This document shows, piece after piece, positions 56,259 through 64,000 of a stretch of 64,000 bases of DNA. Below the pieces are notes generated by a model that saw only the letters and a list, made by a program, of their open reading frames with translations, was not told the DNA's origin and did no database searches. Source of the DNA: a virus; IMG/VR virus record IMGVR_UViG_3300023174_000068, positions 67,439-131,438 of that record. One strand, 5' to 3'. The position numbers were made by a program, and so were the translations under genes. Every line of letters begins with the position of its first letter. Position 1 is the stretch's first letter.

Positions 56259-58823
56259 ATGGGTAAATTCATTAATTCTCTATCTGCCGAGCAAAAAAAT
56301 AACATCAATGTTATTATTACAACCGCGCTTAAATCAGGTATAACTAATCCTATAAGTATAGCAGGTGCTTTGGCAATCGTTTCAAAAGAATCTGCGTTTA
56401 TTCCAAAAAATGAAAATCTAAATTACTCAGCAAAGCGACTTCAGAAAGTTTTTGGCATAAGCGCCGAAACAGCTTCACAAATAGCGGGTAATCCTAAAGC
56501 AATAGGTGATGCTATTTATGGAGGTAAATACGGAAATGCCTCAAATGAGGGTTATAAATACCGCGGTAGAGGATTAAACCAGCTCACTTTTAAGGGAAAC
56601 TATGAAAAGTATAAAAGTTTGATAGGACAAGACATCGTATCAGATCCCGAAATAGTTAATAACATATCAACTGCTGCAAAGATTCTTATCGAATATAATA
56701 AGAGTAATATAAATGGCTTAAAAAAATCCGGCAAACTCTCATCTTATGGCGCAACTGATATAAATGGGTTCAAAGATACTAAAAACGCAGTCTTTGCCTT
56801 TTACCACGTTACAGCAGGATCGGGACTCAGCGTGGATAAAATAAAAAACCTCGAACACAACGATAATCTAGGTGGAATGACAAAAGCATTGGCTCGTGTT
56901 GATGAGCTTTATGACTACGTTAAAAAATTCGACCCAAATTCCTTTGCTAACTCGATTCAAGAAAACCCACCACAGTCCGGATTAAGTCCTAATGAATCGC
57001 AACAAACATCAGATGAACAAACGGCCACTCCTACACCACCACCGCCTCCAGATCCAAAGTTAGATGGTCAAATAACATTAGAAAAAGTATCAGGACCTGG
57101 AAACTTGATGGGTCAAATAACATCAGAAGTAGTCTTTGGACAAATCACTTTTTCTGATATTCAATTTGATGAACCCGGAACTTATGTGCTCAGAGCCATC
57201 CCAACTAATTCAAATGTTGAAACCTTGGAATTCACAGTTTTAGTTTCACCCAATGATAATCCAAAATCAACTGAAAAACCAGTTGAAGAGGTGCAGGGAA
57301 AAAGGTCTATAATTACACAAATAGATCCAGTAAGGCTAAAAATATCACCAATCACGTTTCCGGTTCAAACAACAGCAGAACCAGAAAACGCTGAAGTTCT
57401 TTCACAAATAGGCTTAACACCGTTTGTTTGGTATAATGGATTTCAAATTAAAGAATCTTCATTAAAAAAGCTACAAATTTTTTACTATGAATTTGTTCCT
57501 TGCTGTTTGGTTAAATTCTCAGATTTATTAGGCATAATTGCAAAACAGGGTATGCCACTATCTGATGCCACTTTTGATGTCTTTTTAAATTCCAACAGTT
57601 CAGTATTAAAATCGATACATCTAAGATTTAAAATTTTAGACTTTCAACAAAATCCAGACAAGAGTTATACTATGACTGGAATACTTGACTTAAAAAACTT
57701 TTATAAAGTCAATTATAAATCCTACAAAGGAACATCATTTGAAGTAATGAGAAAAATCGCAGAAGAACTAGAACTAGGGTTCAACTCAAACATTGACAAT
57801 ACTTCGGATTCAATGACCTGGATTAATACCGGAGCAAAGTATAAAGATTTTTTAAATCAAATAATAAAACATTCATATATTGGCGATACCTCTTTTATCC
57901 AAGCTTATATAGACTTTTATTACGGACTTAATTTAGTTGACTTAGAAAAAGAATGGAACAGAGATTGTAATAATGACTTAGGGATAACCACAGGTGGCTT
58001 AACAATTGCGGATGGAAATAAGAAGGATGAAAAATCAAATTTAGCCCCATTAATACTTATAAATGATTTATCACTTCATTATTCAAATTGTTATTTTGAA
58101 AACTACAGAGTTCAAAATAACGCAACAAATAAATCGGTCTCCTCTGGTCAATTTACTACTACTAAATACTATGACATTGGAACAAAACAGTTTTTGATTT
58201 TCGATATTGATTCAGCGACAACTCAGAGCAATGATAAGGTTATACTTAAGGGCAAACCTACAGATTCAGAAGACTTGAAAACAAATTACACAACTGTTTT
58301 TGGAGGCAAAGTAGATTTATCAAACGTGCATAAAAATTACCTATATGCAGAAGTTTTAAATAACAGAAACTTGATTGACCTAAGTAAGATTGTTGTGACT
58401 TTTGAGATGCCAAATCCAAATTTTAATCTTTATAAATTTCAAAAAGTAAGGATCCAATTTATCAATCCTGCACCATCAATTATTGAAGAGGATTTCAATC
58501 AAAAAAGAATCAGCGGTGATTGGATGATAATTGATATTGCTTTTCTTTGGAACGGAAAAAGGATGGTGCAAATAGTTAAGGCAGTCAGAAGAGAATTAGA
58601 GAAAGTCGACGAAGAGAAAAACCAAACTGTAGAGAACCAACAACCACTTAAAGAAGGAAATGTGAATCAAGTAGTTGAAGAAACCCCACCTAACTCAATA
58701 TATAAAGTCGACGAAATTTACATTGTCCAGGGATCCGATGGTACTCAATACGAACTTACTGTGAAAGAAATATTAGATAATGGTAATGAAATTTCTGGAT
58801 GGCTATGGGAAATAGAAAAGTAA
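56259..58823 (+). CDS. GH19-like lysozyme domain fused to a probable baseplate hub-like region
   Basis: KESAF..ENLNYS, YRGRGLNQLTFKGNY; later YIDFYYGLNLVD and ISGDWMIIDI resemble gp27/GPD hubs. Confidence 0.7.
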   Translation: MGKFINSLSAEQKNNINVIITTALKSGITNPISIAGALAIVSKESAFIPKNENLNYSAKRLQKVFGISAETASQIAGNPKAIGDAIYGGKYGNASNEGYKYRGRGLNQLTFKGNYEKYKSLIGQDIVSDPEIVNNISTAAKILIEYNKSNINGLKKSGKLSSYGATDINGFKDTKNAVFAFYHVTAGSGLSVDKIKNLEHNDNLGGMTKALARVDELYDYVKKFDPNSFANSIQENPPQSGLSPNESQQTSDEQTATPTPPPPPDPKLDGQITLEKVSGPGNLMGQITSEVVFGQITFSDIQFDEPGTYVLRAIPTNSNVETLEFTVLVSPNDNPKSTEKPVEEVQGKRSIITQIDPVRLKISPITFPVQTTAEPENAEVLSQIGLTPFVWYNGFQIKESSLKKLQIFYYEFVPCCLVKFSDLLGIIAKQGMPLSDATFDVFLNSNSSVLKSIHLRFKILDFQQNPDKSYTMTGILDLKNFYKVNYKSYKGTSFEVMRKIAEELELGFNSNIDNTSDSMTWINTGAKYKDFLNQIIKHSYIGDTSFIQAYIDFYYGLNLVDLEKEWNRDCNNDLGITTGGLTIADGNKKDEKSNLAPLILINDLSLHYSNCYFENYRVQNNATNKSVSSGQFTTTKYYDIGTKQFLIFDIDSATTQSNDKVILKGKPTDSEDLKTNYTTVFGGKVDLSNVHKNYLYAEVLNNRNLIDLSKIVVTFEMPNPNFNLYKFQKVRIQFINPAPSIIEEDFNQKRISGDWMIIDIAFLWNGKRMVQIVKAVRRELEKVDEEKNQTVENQQPLKEGNVNQVVEETPPNSIYKVDEIYIVQGSDGTQYELTVKEILDNGNEISGWLWEIEK

Positions 58824-58826
58824 ATA

Positions 58827-61697
58827 ATGAGTAGTAAAGTAACAGGTTCATATAAAGCAAACGCTGGGGATTGGGATGGCATGCACTCATTCGAAAGTAG
58901 AGTATCGGATGGTTTTGGTGGAAAAATGCACACTAAAATTAACGAGGCATTAAAGGAGTTCTACACAACAAAAAAACTAAATCCATACGTTTCATCGATA
59001 AAAATAACGATGGATAAAAATAATTACACTGTAAATTGGGAAGTCACAATAGACGAATCACCTGATGGCGTTGCCTATGTAGGAATAACTTCTCGCGGTG
59101 GAGCAGGAGGCGCTGATGGTAGTAGTGGATCAATAAACAGAGCATACAATCAAATCGTAGAAAAAAAAGCAGCCTTACCTTCAGAAGTCGAAAATTCAAC
59201 AATATCGGTTGATATTTTTGATTTTTATTTCAAATTTTCAAATTCTGGAGCCGTAAGACAAATATTTATTTTATATACTAGTCCGAGTTCTTATCCGAAT
59301 TTAGCTAAATCAGCAAATCTAACTAATGGCAAAGTAGGGAAGCCAATTGGAAAAAACGTTGGCCCAGAAACCAACGGAAAATTGATTCAAACTTCAACCG
59401 TACCACCCGGTACAACAAATACGGTTTCTGTGAATAATGCGGCACAAACTAATACAAATCCAGAGGCCTCTAAAATAACCAGCCCAGTTGATGGAACTTC
59501 TATACCAACCGGTGGGACATTTGATTTTTCAGAAATTAGCGATTCAAATAAAAACAAAATTGGATTTATCAGCTTTCCACCCAGAAGAAACGGTAGTGTT
59601 CCGGTGCTGGTAATATATCCGAGAAAAGAAAATGTCACAAACGACGAGAATTTTAAATTAGGTAAAGAAGAAGTTGTTGGTAAATTTTCTGGAATAAGGA
59701 TGGCAAACAAATTTTTATCATGGACAAATCCACAGGGTCAAACTGCTGATAAAAATTGGATACCAGATGTCACAAAAGCGATAGGTAGCCTATCTAAATC
59801 ACCACTCGAAAGTTGGTTCTCAAAATGGTGCATAGTCTTTGCAAACGAACCCGATACTGATTTTACTCAACTGACAAATCAAACAACCGAACAGCTGGAA
59901 TCCAGATCAATGACCATATCATCGCTAAACTTAACTATCTTTGCTGATTCGGGATATATAGACAACTCTATTATTAAATCACTTTTGGGAACCCCACCAT
60001 TTCCGATTAAAACCTTAATGCTTTTGGAAGTTTACCCAAGTAAGGAAATTTTAGAAATCTCAAAAAAGATAAAAACCGGGGCTGGTCAAGTCTATAATGT
60101 TTATGACAGTCAAAAGTTCAAAACAAACATAACAAAAAATATTGTAGCTGGTCTATCTTATTCTGGACCACCATTTGAAGAGACTTCAACAGTCTCGAAT
60201 TCCACTACACAATCGCAGTTGTCAAATCCAATCCTATTTTTTGATAGTGTAACAAGTGCCACTATTTCGGCTACTCAATATAATAGTTTGTTTGGAACCT
60301 CGGCCTCTAGTTATTCACCTTTCCCACTGATACCATATAGCAGTCTACCATTTAGTTTAATCCCTGGATCTAGTCCTTCGCAGTTTACACAATCGACCTC
60401 GGTAAAATTTTTAAATGACCTTACTTTTACATATACAACTCTTCCTCAGGACCTTCTAAAAGAAGGAGCATATGTCTACGACTTATCTAAAGACCCTTTG
60501 CGAAATTTTACTTCAATAGGAGCATCCGCCGGATGGCCTGAAGTAAAATTAATAAATGGTGATTACATTTTGACAACCCCCACAGTCACACCAGGACCAG
60601 TAGTTGGTGGCACAGGGTCTACGGCTACTCCATCTACGGCCAGTTCGCCTATACCAGAAATTAACGTAAAATACGTCGTTTCACATCTGCAACAACGTAA
60701 TATAGATGACTTTCCACAATTAGGCTTTCAAATATTCTATAGTGACATTGAAAAAATTATCGGTCAAAGCATTCAAGCTGGAACGCCTCTGCCGCCAAAA
60801 GTTTTACTCTCTGGTCAATTTACATTCGATGTTAGAAAAAAAGGATATTTGATAAATGACCAGCTTGGGGAACTCAAAATAATCGACAAACAAGAAATTG
60901 ATTTATTTATTGGCGCAAGCGAAGAAGTCTATGAAGAAGGACCATCACCAGAGTATGTTGAAGAAGAGTTCAAGGGGGAAGCAGAATCAATTATTGCAAT
61001 TATTGAGAGTGACCAAGAGTATGATTTCACAGTCGATTCTTATGCTAAACCAGATGATACCAGCTCGCCAACTGACAATATAACCACATCATCAGGTGAT
61101 AATAAAGTCACAACACAACCCGTCACAACACCAACTGAAGTAATTAAAATTGACAGTCTACCAGCTTGGAGTAGAAAAATTGCAAAAATCGCAACAACTA
61201 CAGGATGGGAAGCCGACGCTGCTAATTTCATTTCTTTGATGGAGGGATTTAAAGACAAAGCTACTTTTGATGTTAATCGATATAGAATGGGCTTTGGATC
61301 TGAAAAGATATTAAAAAATGGTAAACTTGTTTCTGTAAATCAAGGTGATACTTGCACAAAAGATGAAGCAGTTAAAACATTGGCAACTTGGGGTGTCCCG
61401 GAATTTTCAAAGCAAATTCAAAAAGATTTAGGTTCAGATAATTGGAACAAATTAACAAAATATCAAAAAGCCGCCATAACCAGTTTAGGTTATAATGTGG
61501 GTTCAGGTTATATCCAGGCTAGGTCATATGGTAAAAGAATTAAAGAGGCTATTTCGAAAGGAGACATAAAAGCAGCTGCTCAAGAAATACTTAATGGTCC
61601 TAAAACAGCCAAAGGCAAAGTTCTTAAAGGATTAGTTAATAGGAGAAAACTTGAGGCTCAGTTATTTTTATTACCCGAAAGTAAGTCTATTTATTAG
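58827..61697 (+). CDS. large tail/baseplate protein with a C-terminal GH24 lysozyme domain
   Basis: MEGF..ATFDVNRYRMGFGS, QKAAITSLGYNVG, LKGLVNRRKLEAQLF. Confidence 0.75.
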   Translation: MSSKVTGSYKANAGDWDGMHSFESRVSDGFGGKMHTKINEALKEFYTTKKLNPYVSSIKITMDKNNYTVNWEVTIDESPDGVAYVGITSRGGAGGADGSSGSINRAYNQIVEKKAALPSEVENSTISVDIFDFYFKFSNSGAVRQIFILYTSPSSYPNLAKSANLTNGKVGKPIGKNVGPETNGKLIQTSTVPPGTTNTVSVNNAAQTNTNPEASKITSPVDGTSIPTGGTFDFSEISDSNKNKIGFISFPPRRNGSVPVLVIYPRKENVTNDENFKLGKEEVVGKFSGIRMANKFLSWTNPQGQTADKNWIPDVTKAIGSLSKSPLESWFSKWCIVFANEPDTDFTQLTNQTTEQLESRSMTISSLNLTIFADSGYIDNSIIKSLLGTPPFPIKTLMLLEVYPSKEILEISKKIKTGAGQVYNVYDSQKFKTNITKNIVAGLSYSGPPFEETSTVSNSTTQSQLSNPILFFDSVTSATISATQYNSLFGTSASSYSPFPLIPYSSLPFSLIPGSSPSQFTQSTSVKFLNDLTFTYTTLPQDLLKEGAYVYDLSKDPLRNFTSIGASAGWPEVKLINGDYILTTPTVTPGPVVGGTGSTATPSTASSPIPEINVKYVVSHLQQRNIDDFPQLGFQIFYSDIEKIIGQSIQAGTPLPPKVLLSGQFTFDVRKKGYLINDQLGELKIIDKQEIDLFIGASEEVYEEGPSPEYVEEEFKGEAESIIAIIESDQEYDFTVDSYAKPDDTSSPTDNITTSSGDNKVTTQPVTTPTEVIKIDSLPAWSRKIAKIATTTGWEADAANFISLMEGFKDKATFDVNRYRMGFGSEKILKNGKLVSVNQGDTCTKDEAVKTLATWGVPEFSKQIQKDLGSDNWNKLTKYQKAAITSLGYNVGSGYIQARSYGKRIKEAISKGDIKAAAQEILNGPKTAKGKVLKGLVNRRKLEAQLFLLPESKSIY

Positions 61698-61763
61698 AAA
61701 GTGACCTAAAGTCTGTCAATCTCTTCAGAAACTACAAACAACAAAGTCCGTAATATATAGATT

Positions 61764-64000
61764 ATGTCACTAGATAGTTTAAAAATTAATTTTGAATCGC
61801 TGAAAGTGCTTCAAGAACAGCTAGCTCAAAAAACTGCAGTTACTTCACCCACATTAGCAGAATGGCCACATTCATTGCAAAATCAAGGTATAAATGCACC
61901 AGGTCTTACTAAAAAAGGTTTTTTATCACCAGAGGTAGCAACACTTGATCAGAAACTACCTGAAGGATACCCCAACTACACTGATTGGAGAGGGTTTACT
62001 TTAAAAGAACAACCTTATAGTTTGAAAACTGAACAAAGGGTAAAAAGAAGCATTGATATGCCAAAGAATGCACAACAAAGAGTAGAAGAGCCTTATTCTA
62101 TGAGAGATGTTCCTCTGGTTTTTGGTGACTGGAGATACGATTACTTCAAACACGGGCTCCAAACTATTTATAATAAAACTCCAATTGAAAATCCACCAGA
62201 TGGTCAATCAACTCTGAGATTTGAACAATTTGACAATACACCGTTTGAACAAAATGACCCAGTAATGTTTGGATTCGATATTGTTTTTGATACAATTTCT
62301 TCACCGCTTCTAAACGGCTCGCTTTTAGACTTTATTGCAAATTACAATGGTGTTGATGAGATATGGTCAAGAAGGCAAGTTTATGAAGAATTTAAATATC
62401 AGTTTCAGAAGTTCTTTAGAACAACCGTGCCATTAAAAATCAATGATAAATTCATAGGAATCACAAAAAATAGCGCAGGAAATCCTGCAGAGACAGAAGG
62501 TAGATCGGGATTATTTGAATCTGGTAAAAAAAACTATCTTGGCTATTATATCAAAAAAATTAGTGGGTTAGATTTTCTTATAGAGCAAAATAAAGGAGAC
62601 CAAGTAAAATACGTTCCGGATTACAAAAAAGATATGATTACAATTGACACAATCGAAGATGTCTCGCTAAGTATGGGAACACTTGCTCATCTTTATAAGA
62701 ATTTATATTGGTCAAGACCTAATGGTAAAATTTTGTTTCCTGAAAATTTACTGAGATTCAATTGTTTTATCATCATCTCAGAGTGTAGAAATTTCAACAG
62801 AGTTAAAAAAAGTGCTAAAACCGGAAATCTCAACATTGTAAAAGATAATGTAAATAGGTGGGTTTATAGCCTTAAAGAATGTCAATTTTATTTTGACAAA
62901 ATGCCTCTACCCAACGAAATTGACATAGGTGGACAAGGACCACAAATTTACGAAACATTTTCTTTTAATTTTGATTTTAAATATTCAACGGTCAAGTTTG
63001 AAAGATTTGTACCAAGCGGTGACTGGGGAAGATATGTCGGATATGACGCTGGTGCTATGTGGAAGTTGGGTAATAAGACTGAACAATCAAATAGAGGAGG
63101 ATCGGCATCTATAGGATATTCTATTCCAAAGTTTTTTACAGTTGGACCAAAAGATTTATCATTTGGTGGAACAAGTGAAAAACCGTGGTATCCTAATTTA
63201 CAAGAAAATGGTGTCGATAAACCATTTGTTTTTCAAACAATTTCAAAAAAGCAAATCCCAGAAGATGATGATTTTAATCTTGGCTCGGATATTAAAGTAG
63301 TGAACAAAGATGGAACGACTTCTGATCCAAGTAACCCACTTGTGACACAAACAACAGATAATCAAAATCAGCAACAAAATAATAACTCAAATGTTGGTGC
63401 CCAGGCATCTAACCTGATATCGAACTCAAATTCTGAAAAAAATATCAGTCAATCAGATAGTTTGAAAAACTTTGCAAAGTCCTCAGAAATCAATTCAAAG
63501 AAAATATCTGACAATATAAAGTCGAGCGAACTGAATCAATCAAAAAGTCTGCTCAAAAGTCTAAGCCCGGTCAATATTAAAAATTTTAGCGGTCTTTCTA
63601 AATTGGAAACAAATGATACATTAACACAGGGAATTTCAAATCTGAAAAAACTAAATAATTCCATAAACCAAAAATTACCAACTAAAAGTGGATTTGGTGA
63701 CTTTCTTAACTCAGCAACCAGTTTTGTTAGTGGAGCATCAAACACTTTAAAGGCCGGTCAAAACTTATCAAATATTGTTAATCAAACCAGCACTAATTTC
63801 TTTAACACTATGGGTCAAAAAATCCAAAATGGATCAGAGAATGCTAAAAGTGGATTTGGTGACTTTCTTAACTCAGCAACCAGTTTTGTTAGTGGAGCAT
63901 CAAACACTTTAAAGGCCGGTCAAAACTTATCAAATATTGTTAATCAAACCAGCACTAATTTCTTTAACACTATGGGTCAAAAAATCCAAAATGGATCAGA
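61764..64000 (+). CDS. probable virion (baseplate/tail-tube-related) protein, runs off the window
   Basis: Not in the ORF track; ATG 61764 after TAATATATA (61751-61759); reads MSLDSLKINF...YYIKKISGLD...EDVSL...PENLLRFN; frame appears open to the end. Confidence 0.65.
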   Translation, partial: MSLDSLKINFESLKVLQEQLAQKTAVTSPTLAEWPHSLQNQGINAPGLTKKGFLSPEVATLDQKLPEGYPNYTDWRGFTLKEQPYSLKTEQRVKRSIDMPKNAQQRVEEPYSMRDVPLVFGDWRYDYFKHGLQTIYNKTPIENPPDGQSTLRFEQFDNTPFEQNDPVMFGFDIVFDTISSPLLNGSLLDFIANYNGVDEIWSRRQVYEEFKYQFQKFFRTTVPLKINDKFIGITKNSAGNPAETEGRSGLFESGKKNYLGYYIKKISGLDFLIEQNKGDQVKYVPDYKKDMITIDTIEDVSLSMGTLAHLYKNLYWSRPNGKILFPENLLRFNCFIIISECRNFNRVKKSAKTGNLNIVKDNVNRWVYSLKECQFYFDKMPLPNEIDIGGQGPQIYETFSFNFDFKYSTVKFERFVPSGDWGRYVGYDAGAMWKLGNKTEQSNRGGSASIGYSIPKFFTVGPKDLSFGGTSEKPWYPNLQENGVDKPFVFQTISKKQIPEDDDFNLGSDIKVVNKDGTTSDPSNPLVTQTTDNQNQQQNNNSNVGAQASNLISNSNSEKNISQSDSLKNFAKSSEINSKKISDNIKSSELNQSKSLLKSLSPVNIKNFSGLSKLETNDTLTQGISNLKKLNNSINQKLPTKSGFGDFLNSATSFVSGASNTLKAGQNLSNIVNQTSTNFFNTMGQKIQNGSENAKSGFGDFLNSATSFVSGASNTLKAGQNLSNIVNQTSTNFFNTMGQKIQNGS
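63682..64000 (+). repeat. perfect 162-bp (54-aa) tandem direct repeat, second copy truncated by the window
   Basis: 63682-63838 is identical to 63844-64000. Confidence 0.9.

Noticed and set aside
1-64000. Stop-codon reassignment as seen in some huge phages
   Set aside because: TAG and TGA both end well-defined genes and core genes are full length in code 11
1-64000. tRNA genes, rRNA or cas genes
   Set aside because: None recognised by eye; the only tRNA-like structure is the tmRNA. A tRNAscan run would be needed to exclude tRNAs fully

Overview
AT-rich segment of a large (jumbo/huge) T4-like myovirus genome in the standard genetic code, with frequent strand switching. It carries core morphogenesis genes (gp25, gp15, gp4, gp2-like, major capsid protein, a prohead protease-scaffold fusion, portal, fibre and baseplate proteins), replication and transcription genes (clamp loader, sliding clamp, primase, UvsW, UvsY-like, gp55-like late sigma factor) and auxiliary genes (glutamine synthetase II, PPK2, ClpP, NADAR, Dam, tmRNA, sugar-modifying enzymes). 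A Bacteroidota host is weakly suggested by the lack of obvious Shine-Dalgarno motifs, DUF6576-like motifs and a Gly resume codon in the tmRNA. The most unusual locus is the family B DNA polymerase (38948-42042). Only its C-terminal half is present. Motif B is interrupted by a 43-nt stop-containing hairpin that must be removed by ribosomal bypassing or splicing. Motif C is broken by a split intein with a free-standing Vsr-like endonuclease between the two halves. Also notable: a T4-like capsid-targeting N-terminal peptide on about 15 late proteins including enzymes, a heptosyltransferase next to an SGTSG-repeat fibre, and a late sigma gene with no AUG start. All calls come from motif recognition by eye; no searches were run.
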